Positions 37,228 through 47,247 are shown, counted from the first letter of the whole stretch. The stretch is DNA of 62,731 bases, filler included, from Candidatus Rokuibacteriota bacterium (GCA_031406795.1; 4 parts of 4 records of this genome joined end to end with filler, not necessarily neighbours in it), one strand, 5' to 3'. Translations and numbers: made by a program. The notes: a model not told the origin generated them from the letters alone.

Positions 37228-37748
37228 TTAATCCTTGAGGCTCGTGCCGATCACATTCGCCATTCCGAGGAAGGCGAAGATCGCCATGGTGTGGATGAGC
37301 ATCCAGGGCGTTTCGTCGGCGGGCATCAGAAAGTAGAAGCCGAAGCAGGACGAGATCAGCGCCAGGTAGGTGATCGCTCCCGCGATGTGGTTGTCGAACA
37401 ACCGCGCGCGCAGCTGCCAGAGCTGGTAGGGGAGGCCGACCAGCGGCAGCAACGCGACGAGCAGCGCGGTCGACGCCGAGCCGCTGGCGCGGTAGGACCA
37501 GAGCGTGAGCAGGCCCTGAAGCACGACGAATGCCGCGAGGAAGACCGGGAGATGCAGTTCGGGGCTCAAACGGGATGCTCCAGAACCCGGAAGCCTGCGC
37601 GGCGCGGTGAGATGCCGGCGAGCCGCTGTCCCTCGAGGACGGGCAGTTGACGGATGGCGTGGACGGCCATCAGCGTCGGGGTGAGATCCACGCTCTCGTC
37701 CCGCCGGATCGTGACGACTCGTGCTCTCATACGCCGCTCGGCCCTCAT
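37228..37748 (-). pseudogene. CBS-domain remnant followed by a start-less membrane protein remnant
   Basis: 37566-37748 reads VVTI......TLM..H.IRQLPVLEG.RLAGI; 37228-37560 has several TM-like segments with no clear start. Confidence 0.45.
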
Positions 37749-37882
37749 GGCAGGCTCGCCCGCATTCCTTGCGCCCCGGCCATCCGGAGCCGATTCTCAC
37801 GGCAGAGTATAGCGGCGGCTGCGCGGGAGGGTCAAGGAAGCTCCCGGCCCGGACGCGGCAGCGCCGACGCCCGTCCCGCCGA

Positions 37883-37911
37883 TTGACGGGTGCGGGAGGT
37901 GCCGGTAAGAT
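37883..37911 (+). promoter_or_regulatory. sigma70 promoter of xseA operon
   Basis: TTGACG, 17 bp, TAAGAT. Confidence 0.65.
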
Positions 37912-37957
37912 GCCGCACGCTCAGTCAGATTCGACCACAACGGCGGCGGGAGGGCAG

Positions 37958-39304
37958 ATGCCGGCGCACTCGGGCGGCACTCGGAGAATCTGGACGGTCT
38001 CGGAACTCAACCGCGCCGCGGGCGAGTTGCTCGAGGAGGCGTTCCCGCGCGTCTGGGTCGAGGGAGAGATCTCGAATTGGAAGGTCTACGGCTCGGGCCA
38101 CGCCTACTTTTCGCTCAAGGACGACGGGGGTCAGATCGCCGCCGTCCTCTTTCGCGCCGCCGCGAAGAACTTTCGCTTCGAGCCGCGCGACGGGCTCGCG
38201 GCGCTGGCCGCGGGCCGGGTCAGCCTCTACGGCCAGCGGGGTCAGTACCAGTTAATCGTCGACGAACTGGAGCCCCGCGGCAAGGGGGCGCTGCAGCTGG
38301 CTTTCGAGCAGCTCAAGGAGAAGCTGCAGAAAGAGGGGCTCTTCGACGCCGCCCGCAAGCGCGCGTTGCCGGCGCTGCCGCGGACCGTCGGCGTCGTGAC
38401 CAGCCCGACCGGCGCGGTGATCCGCGACATCATCACCGTGCTCGGCCGCCGCTTCGCCAACGTGCGGGTGCTCCTCAATCCGGTGCGCGTCCAGGGCGAG
38501 GGGGCGGGCGCGGAGATCGCGGCGGCGATCGCGGAGCTGGCCGGACGAGGCGATGTCGACGTGATCATTGTCGGCCGCGGCGGCGGTTCGATGGAAGATC
38601 TCTGGGCGTTCAACGAGGAGGTGGTGGCGCGGGCGATCGTCGCGTCCGCCGTCCCGGTGATTTCGGCGGTGGGTCACGAGACGGATTTCACGATCGCGGA
38701 TTTCGTCGCCGACCTGCGCGCACCGACGCCGTCGGCCGCCGCGGAGCTGGTCGTCCAGAGCAAGGCCGCCCTCGCCGCCCAGATCACGACGCTCGAGCGG
38801 CGGCTGCGCGCAGCCTGCAGAGTTCGCCTGCAGCGCGCGCGACACCGGCTCGACGCGCTCGCGGTGCACCGGATGATCAGCGACGGGCGCCGGCGCCTGC
38901 GCGACTTGGCGCAGGAGCTCGACGGCCTCGAAGGCGCCCTGCAGCGGGCGGGCGCCGAAAAGATCGCGGCACGGCGGCGCTCGCTCGAGCGACTCGGCGA
39001 GGCCCTCGCCCACCTCTCCCCGCGGGCACGCTGGGCGCTGCTGGGCGGCCGGCTGGCGAATGTCGGCGCGCGGCTCGAATCCGCCGCGGGGCGAACCCTG
39101 GCGGCGCGCCGCAATCGGGTGGCGGTGCTCGCGGGTACGCTCGACGCGCTCAGTCCGCTCGGCGTCCTCGGCCGCGGCTACAGCATCTGCCGGCGTCTGC
39201 CGGGCCTCGAGATCGTCAAGGACGCCGCCGCGGCGCCCGCGGGCAGCGAAGTCGAGGTCTTGCTGCACCGGGGACGCTTGTGGTGTACCGTGAAGGAAGA
39301 TTAG
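37958..39304 (+). CDS. xseA: Exodeoxyribonuclease VII large subunit
   Basis: WVEGEISN, SGHAYFSLKD, RGGGS.EDLW.FN, GHETD, RAPTPSAAAE. Confidence 0.96.
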   Translation: MPAHSGGTRRIWTVSELNRAAGELLEEAFPRVWVEGEISNWKVYGSGHAYFSLKDDGGQIAAVLFRAAAKNFRFEPRDGLAALAAGRVSLYGQRGQYQLIVDELEPRGKGALQLAFEQLKEKLQKEGLFDAARKRALPALPRTVGVVTSPTGAVIRDIITVLGRRFANVRVLLNPVRVQGEGAGAEIAAAIAELAGRGDVDVIIVGRGGGSMEDLWAFNEEVVARAIVASAVPVISAVGHETDFTIADFVADLRAPTPSAAAELVVQSKAALAAQITTLERRLRAACRVRLQRARHRLDALAVHRMISDGRRRLRDLAQELDGLEGALQRAGAEKIAARRRSLERLGEALAHLSPRARWALLGGRLANVGARLESAAGRTLAARRNRVAVLAGTLDALSPLGVLGRGYSICRRLPGLEIVKDAAAAPAGSEVEVLLHRGRLWCTVKED

Positions 39305-39338
39305 TGCGGGCGCTTCGCCCGTGAGACCATAGAGGCTT
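39302..39338 (+). repeat. 37-bp repeat family B, copy 1
   Basis: 32/37 identical to the reverse complement of 44621-44657; hairpin CGGGCG-CTT-CGCCCG; includes the xseA stop. Confidence 0.75.
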
Positions 39339-39463
39339 CTGCCTGATGATGCCGGAGTCGTGCCTTCCCGACCGACACGGATCCGATCCACAGGCGAGCT
39401 CGGCATTCTCGCGGACCACGCACCGGGTGTGGTGAAACATCAGCAGGAAGGAGAAGAGAGACG

Positions 39464-39832
39464 ATGGCGAAAAGGAAGGCACCGGTCGGGGCCGCGGCGC
39501 CGACATTCGAGGAGGCGCTCGCCCGGCTGGAAGCGATCGTGCGCGAACTCGAGGAGGACGAACTGCCCCTCGAGCGTTCACTCACCGTCTTCGAGGAGGG
39601 GGTGCGGCTCTCGCGCCTGCTCCATGAGCGGCTCAACGAAGCGGAGCGCAAGGTCGAGGTCCTGATGAAGAACGAGGACGGTGAAAAGGTCCCCGTGCCG
39701 TTTTCCGGCGGCGCCGAGGCCCTCCCCGGCGCAGCGGCCGACGCCGCGGACGATGCGGAGGATGACGACGAGGACGAGGACGCGACAGGCGGGACCCCGG
39801 GTGGGCATGGGCAGAGCGCACTCCCCTTCTGA
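39464..39832 (+). CDS. xseB: Exodeoxyribonuclease VII small subunit (acidic tail)
   Basis: FEEALARLE.IV..LE...L.LE.SL..FEEG. Confidence 0.93.
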   Translation: MAKRKAPVGAAAPTFEEALARLEAIVRELEEDELPLERSLTVFEEGVRLSRLLHERLNEAERKVEVLMKNEDGEKVPVPFSGGAEALPGAAADAADDAEDDDEDEDATGGTPGGHGQSALPF

Positions 39833-40736
39833 CGGCTGCGGCAGCGGTCCGGCAGCGGAGGCCGAGGCCTATCTGCGCGAGTCGTCCACCCGGGTCGAGG
39901 CGTATCTGGACCGGGTGCTCCCGGCGGTCGGCGGTCACCTGCCGCGACTCGCCGAGGCAATTCGCTACAGCGCCCTCGGGGGCGGCAAGCGGCTTCGCCC
40001 GGCGCTCGCCTTCGCCGCGGCGGAGGGCTGCGGCTTCGATCCCGCGCTGGCGCTGCCGGTGGCGGCGGCCGTGGAGATGATCCACACTTATTCGCTGATC
40101 CACGACGACCTGCCGGCGATGGACGACGACGACCTGCGCCGCGGGCGGCCGACTTCGCACAAGGTCTTCGGCGAGGCCCTGGCGATCCTCGCCGGCGACG
40201 CGCTGCTCACGCAGGCCTTCGAGGTCCTCGCCGCCGCGGAGACGATCCCCGCCCCCCGGCGGGTGGCGATCATCCGTGAGATCGCCGCGGCCGGCGGCGT
40301 CGCCGGGCTGGTCGGGGGCCAGGTCGCCGACCTCGAGGGCGAAGGACGCGACCTGGCGCTTCCCGAGCTGGAGTTCATCCACGCCCGCAAGACCGGCGCG
40401 CTGATCCTGGCGAGCGTTCGCGCCGGCGCTCTGGCCGCCGGGGCCGAGGCGGGGCAGATCGCCTGCCTCGCGGAGTATGCGCGCCGGGTCGGCCTGGGCT
40501 TCCAGATCACCGACGACCTGCTCGACATCGAGGGTGACCCCGCGTTCACCGGCAAGGGCACGGGGCGAGATTCGACGCACCGCAAGGCCACCTTCCCGGC
40601 GATTTTCGGGGTCGAGGCGTCCCGCAAGCGCGCGGACGAACTCATCGCCGAGGCGCTGGCGGCCATCGCCGCACTCGGCGCTGCGGCCGACCCGCTGCGC
40701 AATCTGGCGCGCTTCGTCGGCCGCAGGAAGCGCTGA
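39807..40736 (+). CDS. ispA: Farnesyl/geranylgeranyl diphosphate synthase
   Basis: GGKRLRP, HDDLPAMDDDDLRRG, KTG, FQITDDLLD. Confidence 0.93.
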   Translation: MGRAHSPSDGCGSGPAAEAEAYLRESSTRVEAYLDRVLPAVGGHLPRLAEAIRYSALGGGKRLRPALAFAAAEGCGFDPALALPVAAAVEMIHTYSLIHDDLPAMDDDDLRRGRPTSHKVFGEALAILAGDALLTQAFEVLAAAETIPAPRRVAIIREIAAAGGVAGLVGGQVADLEGEGRDLALPELEFIHARKTGALILASVRAGALAAGAEAGQIACLAEYARRVGLGFQITDDLLDIEGDPAFTGKGTGRDSTHRKATFPAIFGVEASRKRADELIAEALAAIAALGAAADPLRNLARFVGRRKR

Positions 40737-40737
40737 C

Positions 40738-42633
40738 GTGACCACACCGCTTCTGGCGCGGATCGAGGCCGGTGCCCCGATCGCCTCGCTCACTCACGAT
40801 GAGCAGGAGCGGCTCGCCGTCGAGATTCGCGAAACCATCATCGCGACGGTTGCCCGCACCGGGGGTCACCTGGCGCCCAGTCTCGGGGTCGTCGAGCTGA
40901 CCATCGCGCTCCAGGCGGTCTTCCCGACGCCCCGCGACCGGATCGTCTGGGACGTCGGCCACCAGTGCTATGCCCACAAGCTGCTGACCGGGCGTCTCGG
41001 GCGTTTCTGCACGTTGCGGCAGAGCGGCGGGATCTCGGGATTTCCGCGGCGCTCGGAGAGTTGCCACGACATCTTCGGCACGGGGCACAGCGGCACGAGC
41101 ATCTCGGCGGCCGCCGGACTGGCGGCGGCGCGCGACGCCTTGGGGGAGGATCACAAGGTAGTCGCCGTCATTGGCGACGGCTCGATGACTTCCGGCGAGG
41201 CCTTCGAGGCGCTCAATCACGTCGGGCACCTCAAACAGGACCTGGTCGTCGTGCTCAACGACAACGAGATGTCGATTTCTCCGAACGTCGGCGCGCTCTC
41301 GTCGTACCTCAACCGCGTGCTCACGGGTCACCTGCCGACACGGATGCGCGACGAATTCGTCAAGTTCCTGCGTTCGCTTCCCGGCGTCGGCGAGCAGGCG
41401 GCCAAGATGGCCAAGCGCGTCGAGGAGTCGGTCAAGGCGCTCATCGTTCCGGGCCTGCTCTTCGAGGAACTTGGTTTTCGCTACGTCGGCCCGATCCCGG
41501 GACACGAGTTGAAGAATCTCATCGAAACCTTCCGCAACGTCCGGGAACAATTCAAGAAGCCGGTCCTGGTGCACGTGATCACCAAGAAGGGCAAGGGGTA
41601 CGCGCCGGCCGAGCGCGACCCGGCCCGTTACCACGGCGTCGGTCCGTTCGACCCGGCGACCGGCGCGCTGATCGCGCAGCCCGCCGCCCCGGCCTACACC
41701 ACGGTGTTCGGCCAGGCCCTGGTGCGCGAGGCCGCCAGCGAGCGGCGCCTGATCGCGATCACCGCCGCGATGACGGACGGGACCGGGCTTGCGCCCTTCG
41801 CCGCCGCGTACCCGAAGCGCTTCTTTGACGTCGGCATCGCCGAGCAGCACGCGGTGACCTTCGCCGCCGGACTGGCCTGCGAAGGGCTGCGGCCCGTGGT
41901 CGCCGTCTACTCGACCTTCCTGCAGCGCGCCTTCGATCAGCTGCTGCACGATGTCTGCCTCCAGGCGCTGCCGGTGGTTTTCGCCCTGGATCGCGCCGGC
42001 CTGGTCGGCGACGACGGGGCGACGCACCATGGGGTATTCGACCTCTCGTATCTGCGGCAGATGCCGAACCTCGTCATCGCCGCGCCGAAGGACGAGGCTG
42101 AACTCGCGCAGCTGATCCGTACTGCGCTCGCGCACGACGGCCCGATGGCGCTGCGCTACCCGCGCGGCGCCGGCAGGGGCGTGGAGGTTCCCGAAGTCCC
42201 CGAACCGTTGCCCATCGGTTCGTGGGAGACGTTGCGACCCGGCGGCGATCTGGCGTTTCTCGCCGTGGGCTCGTGCGTCTACCCGGCACTGGAGGCGGCA
42301 CGGGAGCTCGAAGCCGAAGGCTGGCGCGTCGGGGTCGTGAACGCCCGCTTCGTCAAGCCGCTGGACGAAGCGCTGCTGGCGCAGACGGCCGCCGAGAACG
42401 CATTGCTGCTCACGGCGGAGGAGAATGTTCTCGCGGGCGGGTTCGGCGCGGCGGTGCTCGAGTATTTTGCGGAGCACGCACCCGGCGCCGTCCGCATCGA
42501 GCTGGCGGGGATCCCGGACGAGTTCGTCGAACACGGGACGCAGGCGGACCTGCGCGCGCAGTACGGGATCGATGCCGCCGGCCTGGCCGCACGCGCTCGG
42601 GAAATGCTCGAGGATAAACGTGACGGCCGCTGA
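40738..42633 (+). CDS. dxs: 1-deoxy-D-xylulose-5-phosphate synthase
   Basis: GGHL, WDVGHQ, GDG...NDN, GIAEQH, DRAG, DGATH; GTG start. Confidence 0.97.
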   Translation: MTTPLLARIEAGAPIASLTHDEQERLAVEIRETIIATVARTGGHLAPSLGVVELTIALQAVFPTPRDRIVWDVGHQCYAHKLLTGRLGRFCTLRQSGGISGFPRRSESCHDIFGTGHSGTSISAAAGLAAARDALGEDHKVVAVIGDGSMTSGEAFEALNHVGHLKQDLVVVLNDNEMSISPNVGALSSYLNRVLTGHLPTRMRDEFVKFLRSLPGVGEQAAKMAKRVEESVKALIVPGLLFEELGFRYVGPIPGHELKNLIETFRNVREQFKKPVLVHVITKKGKGYAPAERDPARYHGVGPFDPATGALIAQPAAPAYTTVFGQALVREAASERRLIAITAAMTDGTGLAPFAAAYPKRFFDVGIAEQHAVTFAAGLACEGLRPVVAVYSTFLQRAFDQLLHDVCLQALPVVFALDRAGLVGDDGATHHGVFDLSYLRQMPNLVIAAPKDEAELAQLIRTALAHDGPMALRYPRGAGRGVEVPEVPEPLPIGSWETLRPGGDLAFLAVGSCVYPALEAARELEAEGWRVGVVNARFVKPLDEALLAQTAAENALLLTAEENVLAGGFGAAVLEYFAEHAPGAVRIELAGIPDEFVEHGTQADLRAQYGIDAAGLAARAREMLEDKRDGR

Positions 42634-42768
42634 AAAGGGCCCATCTGCGGTGGTGCGCACCTTGCCCCCTGCGAGCCCCGCGAGTGGGGGGAGCCCTGCG
42701 GCGGGCACGAGCCCGCCTCAGTCGCAGCTTCGGGGTGCTGCCTTGCACCTGGACCCTTTTGAGCAGCC
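42625..42768. mobile_element. MITE with about 24-bp imperfect TIRs
   Basis: GGCCGCTGAAAAGGGCCCATCTGC / GCACCTGGACCCTTTTGAGCAGCC (19/24 inverted match). Confidence 0.7.
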
Positions 42769-42822
42769 TCTCCGCGACTGTAACGGCCGATGATAATGTA
42801 TCCACTGCCGTGGAGAATCTGC

Positions 42823-42940
42823 TGGCGGAGGGGTGGCGCGGAGGGGAGGTCTCCAGCGGCGGAGCGAAGCGAGGCCGATGGAGGTCCGCAGCGACCACCC
42901 CAGCGGCGGGGTGGCAGGCAGGACCCCGCAGCCCGCACGG
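42823..42940 (+). repeat. Repeat family A, copy 3
   Basis: Same conserved blocks as copies at 5543, 9501 and 60045. Confidence 0.85.
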
Positions 42941-42956
42941 GAACAGGCTCTGTGAT

Positions 42957-43754
42957 ATGAAAACGACGCGGCGGCTGGACCTGGTCCTCGTCGAGCGCGG
43001 CCTCGCGCCCAGCCGCGAGCAGGCCCGCGCGCTGGTGCTGGGCGGCCGCGTGCAGGTGGCGGGACTGCGGGTGGACAAGGCCGGCGCGGCGGTCGAACCG
43101 CAGGCGGCGATCGAGGTCGAGGGCGGGTTGCCCTACGTCGGCCGGGGCGGGCTCAAACTCGCGAGGGCGCTGGAGGAGTTCGAAGTCGCGGCAGCCGGCC
43201 TGGTCGCGGTCGACGTCGGCGCCTCGACCGGGGGCTTCACCGACTGCCTGCTCCAGCGGGGCGCGTCGAAGGTTTACGCGGTCGATGTCGGCTACGGGCA
43301 GCTGGCCTGGAAACTCCAGAGCGACCCGCGCGTGGTGCGGCTCGACCGTGTGAACATCAGGACGGCCACGCCGGCGCTGCTGCCGGAGCCGTGCGATCTG
43401 GCGGTGATCGATGTCTCCTTCATTTCACTGCGGCTCGTGCTGGTTCCGGCGCTATCGCTGCTGCGCGATGACGGGCAGGCGGTAGCGCTGGTCAAGCCTC
43501 AGTTCGAGGTCGGGCGGGGGCGCGTCGGCAAGGGAGGGGTCGTGCGCGATCCGGAGCTGTGGCGCGAGGTGCTCCTGGGCCTCGTCGACCACGCCGTTGC
43601 CGCGGGCCACGCGGTGAGCGGCTGGTGCGAGTCGCCGATCGCCGGGGCGGACGGGAATCGCGAGTTCTTTCTTCACATCGGCAAAGGAGGGGCAGGTGAC
43701 CGCAGCGCGTCCATCCGCAGCGCCATCCAAGCCTGGCGGCCCGACGGTCCTTGA
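42957..43754 (+). CDS. tlyA: TlyA rRNA 2'-O-methyltransferase
   Basis: RLD..LVERGL S4 domain, YVGRGGLKL, DVGASTGGFTD, DVSFISL, KPQFE. Confidence 0.95.
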   Translation: MKTTRRLDLVLVERGLAPSREQARALVLGGRVQVAGLRVDKAGAAVEPQAAIEVEGGLPYVGRGGLKLARALEEFEVAAAGLVAVDVGASTGGFTDCLLQRGASKVYAVDVGYGQLAWKLQSDPRVVRLDRVNIRTATPALLPEPCDLAVIDVSFISLRLVLVPALSLLRDDGQAVALVKPQFEVGRGRVGKGGVVRDPELWREVLLGLVDHAVAAGHAVSGWCESPIAGADGNREFFLHIGKGGAGDRSASIRSAIQAWRPDGP

Positions 43755-44613
43755 TCCGCCGCGGCGCGTCGGCATCGTCGGCAAGCCGCACCACCCGCAG
43801 ATCCGGCCGGTGGTCGAACACCTCGTGCGGCGCTTCGCGGCCCTCGGCGTGGCGCTGGTGATCGAAGAGCGCACCGCCGCCTGGGAGGACCTGGCGATCC
43901 CGCGCGTGGCGAGCCTGCTCGACGCGGGGCTCGACCTGATCGTGGTGCTCGGCGGCGACGGGACGCTGCTCTCGGTCGCCCGCACCGCCCAGGCCGAGGG
44001 CATCCCGCTGCTCGGGGTGAACCTCGGCTCGCTGGGGTTTCTCACCGAAACCGCGCTCGACCGGCTCGACCCGGTGATCGACGCGGTGCTCGCCGGCGGC
44101 TGCACCATCGAGGAGCGCACGATGCTCGAGGTCGAGGTGTTGCACGCGCAGCGCGCGCACGGCCCGTTCGTTGTGCTCAACGACGCGGTCATCAACAAGG
44201 CGGCGCTGGCGCGCATGATCGAGATGGAGGCCTCGGTCGATGGGGCCTACCTGACGACGTACCGGGCCGACGGGCTGATCGTCGCCACGCCCACGGGGAG
44301 CACGGCCTATTCGCTTGCGGCCGGCGGCCCGATCGTCTACCCGGACATGGAGGCGATCATCGTCACGCCGATCTGCCCGCACACGCTCACCAACCGCTCC
44401 CTGGTCGTCCCCGGCCGGGTGACGGTCGAGGTCAGGGTCCACTCGGGCGACCAGGACATCCACCTGACGCTTGACGGCCAGCTCGGCATCGAGCTGGCGC
44501 CGGCCGACCGCGTCCAGATCCGCAAGAGCGCTGCGCGCACCCGGCTCGTGCATTGCCCCGACCGCGAGTGGTTCAGCGTGCTGCGTCAAAAACTCAAATG
44601 GGGGGAGCGCTAA
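43696..44613 (+). CDS. nadK: NAD kinase
   Basis: GGDGT, GVNLG.LGFL, LND, DGLIVATPTGSTAYSLAAGGP. Confidence 0.96.
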   Translation: MTAARPSAAPSKPGGPTVLDPPRRVGIVGKPHHPQIRPVVEHLVRRFAALGVALVIEERTAAWEDLAIPRVASLLDAGLDLIVVLGGDGTLLSVARTAQAEGIPLLGVNLGSLGFLTETALDRLDPVIDAVLAGGCTIEERTMLEVEVLHAQRAHGPFVVLNDAVINKAALARMIEMEASVDGAYLTTYRADGLIVATPTGSTAYSLAAGGPIVYPDMEAIIVTPICPHTLTNRSLVVPGRVTVEVRVHSGDQDIHLTLDGQLGIELAPADRVQIRKSAARTRLVHCPDREWFSVLRQKLKWGER

Positions 44614-44672
44614 GTGCTCCAAGCCTCTGTAGTCTTGCGGGCGAAGCGCCCGCGCTATTGGGGGGAGCGCTA
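44599..44672 (-). repeat. Repeat family B, copy 2, flanked by 14-bp direct repeats
   Basis: TGGGGGGAGCGCTA at 44599-44612 and 44659-44672; family-B unit at 44621-44657. Confidence 0.75.
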
Positions 44673-44675
44673 GCG

Positions 44676-46382
44676 GTGCTGCGGGAGCTGCGGCTGCGCA
44701 ACGTCGCGATCGTTGAGCGGCTCGACCTGGAGTTCCCCGGCGGGCTGATCGCCCTGACCGGCGAGACCGGCGCGGGGAAATCGATCATCGTCGGCGCCCT
44801 CGGGCTGGCCCTCGGGGAGAAGGCGCGGCCCGAGCACCAGCGCGCCCCCGGGGAGGAGAGCGTCGTCGAGGCGCTGTTCACCGGCCCGCTGCCGCGCGGG
44901 GTCCGGGCGCGGCTCGAGGCCGCCGGCGTGCCGGCGGCGCAGGACCTGCTGTTGAGGCGCGTGGTGAGCCCGGGCGGGCGCAGCCGGGCCTTCGCGAACG
45001 ACACGGCGATCGCGCTGCCGACGCTCGAGGGGATCGGCCGCGAACTGGTGGACATCCACGGCCAGCACCAGCACCAGTCGCTGCTGCACGCGGAGACGCA
45101 CCTGGACTTCCTCGACGGGTTTGCCCGGCTGCCCGGCACCCGCGAGAACTACCGCGAAGCCTGGACGCGGCTCGATGGGCTGCGGCGCGAGCGCGAACAG
45201 CTCGAACGGCAGGAGGGCGAGCGCGAGCGGCGCCTGGAGTACTTGCGCTTCCAACACGAGGAGCTCGGACGCGCGGCGCTGCTGCCCGGGGAAGAGGAGC
45301 TTCTGCGCTCCGAGCGCGATGTCCTGCGCAACGTGGACCGGCTCGCCGGCGCCGTCGGCGAGGCCGAGGCGCTGGCCTATTCCGGCGAGGCCTCGGCCTC
45401 AGGCCTCGCCGGGGCCGCGACCCGCCGCCTCGCCGAGGCCGCGGCAGTCGACGCGTCGCTGCTGCCGCTGGCTGCGGCGCTCGCCGGGGCGCAGGCGGCG
45501 CTCGAGGACACCGGGCGCGAGTTGCAGGACTACCTCTCGCGGCTCGAGTCCGACCCGGCGCGGCTCGGGGAGATCGAGGATCGTCTGGCCCTCATCGCCC
45601 GCCTCAAGAAGAAGTACGGCCCGACGGTGGAGGCGACCCTCGCCGAGGCCGAGGCCGTACAGGCCGAAATCACGCGCTGGGAGCAGGGGTCGGCGCGGAT
45701 CGCGGAACTCGATCGGGAGGTCGCCGCCGCGCTGGCTTCGGCCGCCGCGCTCGCGGCTGAACTCTCCCGCGGTCGCGAGGCGGCGGGGCCCCGGCTCGAG
45801 AAGCGCATCCTCGCGGAACTGGCCGCGCTCGCCATGGGGGGCAGCCGCTTCGAGGTTCGCCTGCAGCGCGAGGAGGACCCGGCCGGTCTGCCCGGCGGCG
45901 ACGGCCGGGTCTGGCGGGCCGATGAGCGCGGCGTCGAGCGGGCGGAGTTCCTGCTCTCGGCCAACCCCGGCGTGGAACCGCGTCCGCTGGCGCGCGTCGC
46001 CTCGGGCGGCGAGCTCTCGCGGGTGATGCTCGCGCTCAAGACGGTGCTCGCCGAGGTCGACCGCGTGCCGACGCTGGTTTTCGACGAGGTCGACATCGGC
46101 ATCGGCGGCCGCACCGCGCGCACGGTCGGCGAGCGCTTGCGGGCCGTGGCGTCCGGGCGCCAGGTCTTCTGCGTCACGCACCTGCCGCAGATTGCCAGTT
46201 TGGCCCACGTGCAGTACACTATCGAAAAAAGTATCGTCGCCGGCCGGACGCGCGTGCGTGTACAGCGCCTTGACGGCCCGGGACGGGTGGCGGAGGTCGC
46301 CCGCATGCTTGGCGGGCGGGCGGTGACAGAGGCGACGCTGCACCACGCCGAGGAGCTGCTTCTCGGCGACGGGTCGGCGTGA
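44676..46382 (+). CDS. recN: DNA repair protein RecN
   Basis: TGETGAGKS, HGQH, ASGGELSR, FDEVD, THLPQIA. Confidence 0.96.
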   Translation: MLRELRLRNVAIVERLDLEFPGGLIALTGETGAGKSIIVGALGLALGEKARPEHQRAPGEESVVEALFTGPLPRGVRARLEAAGVPAAQDLLLRRVVSPGGRSRAFANDTAIALPTLEGIGRELVDIHGQHQHQSLLHAETHLDFLDGFARLPGTRENYREAWTRLDGLRREREQLERQEGERERRLEYLRFQHEELGRAALLPGEEELLRSERDVLRNVDRLAGAVGEAEALAYSGEASASGLAGAATRRLAEAAAVDASLLPLAAALAGAQAALEDTGRELQDYLSRLESDPARLGEIEDRLALIARLKKKYGPTVEATLAEAEAVQAEITRWEQGSARIAELDREVAAALASAAALAAELSRGREAAGPRLEKRILAELAALAMGGSRFEVRLQREEDPAGLPGGDGRVWRADERGVERAEFLLSANPGVEPRPLARVASGGELSRVMLALKTVLAEVDRVPTLVFDEVDIGIGGRTARTVGERLRAVASGRQVFCVTHLPQIASLAHVQYTIEKSIVAGRTRVRVQRLDGPGRVAEVARMLGGRAVTEATLHHAEELLLGDGSA

Positions 46383-46771
46383 AGGCCGGGGAGGCAGAGC
46401 TGATGGATTGTCGTTCCTGCGGTGTCGTGAACGCGCCGGGGCGCCGGTATTGCCGCGAGTGCGGCACGCGGCTCGGGCAGCCCTGTCCGGTCTGCCATTT
46501 CTTCAATGCCGTCGAAGACCGGCACTGCGGGGGCTGCGGTCACCGGCTCAAGGCCGGCGCCGGAGCGCTCGCCGCGCCTGCCGCCGTTGCGCCCGACTTC
46601 GCCCTGACGGATGCCGGGGACGCGGCTTTCGCCGCCCTGGGCAGCCGGGTCCCGCCAGCGCCGGTTGAAACCGGCATCGGCGGCCAGGGAGTCTCCCAGT
46701 CCGAGATCGACGGCTTGTTCGAAAACATTCTCGACGAGGAACCCGGCGAGGATGCGGAGGGCGGCGCGTGA
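46379..46771 (+). CDS. Double zinc-ribbon protein
   Basis: Four CxxC pairs (CRSC, CREC, CPVC, CGGC) and an acidic C-terminus. Confidence 0.75.
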   Translation: MKAGEAELMDCRSCGVVNAPGRRYCRECGTRLGQPCPVCHFFNAVEDRHCGGCGHRLKAGAGALAAPAAVAPDFALTDAGDAAFAALGSRVPPAPVETGIGGQGVSQSEIDGLFENILDEEPGEDAEGGA

Positions 46772-47247
46772 AGGCGGCGGCTGCCGCCGCCGTTGTCATC
46801 CGCAAGGCGATCATCGGTGACGTCGGCCGCATCCAGGCGCTCGTCAATCACTACGCCTCCAAAGAGACCATGCTCGGCCTCTCGCTCTCGGAGATCTACG
46901 ATCAGATCCGGGACTTCACCGTGGCCGAAGGCCCGCGGCGCACCCTCATCGGCGTCTGCGCGCTCCACGTCATCTGGGACGACCTCGCCGAGATCCGATC
47001 GTTGGCGGTCGACCCGAAAATCCGCCGCCGGGGCGTCGGCCGCTCCCTCGTCGAGCACTGCCTGGAGGAGGCGCGCGGCCTGCAGCTCCCCAAGGTGTTC
47101 GCGCTGACCTACCAGGCCGAGTTCTTCCGCCGGATCGGCTTCGAGCGGGTCGACAAGGCGGAACTCCCGCACAAGGTCTGGCGCGACTGTCTCAAGTGCA
47201 CGAAGTTCCCGAACTGCGACGAGACTGCGGTCCTGAAGATTCTCTAG
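46768..47247 (+). CDS. Short GNAT N-acetylglutamate synthase (ArgA-like)
   Basis: ALHVIW.DLAEIRSLAV, VFALTY...FF, LPHKVW.DC.KC.KF..CDE. Confidence 0.8.
   Translation: MKAAAAAAVVIRKAIIGDVGRIQALVNHYASKETMLGLSLSEIYDQIRDFTVAEGPRRTLIGVCALHVIWDDLAEIRSLAVDPKIRRRGVGRSLVEHCLEEARGLQLPKVFALTYQAEFFRRIGFERVDKAELPHKVWRDCLKCTKFPNCDETAVLKIL

Noticed and set aside
39343-39440. Hammerhead ribozyme (CTGATGA...GAAAC)
   Set aside because: Stem II does not close between the core motifs, and no stem III or cleavage-site geometry is present.
42684-42956. Long N-terminal extension on TlyA (similarly RecN, Dxs, ApgM, XseA in the track)
   Set aside because: Open frames through repeats or upstream genes; conserved domains start at the trimmed codons.
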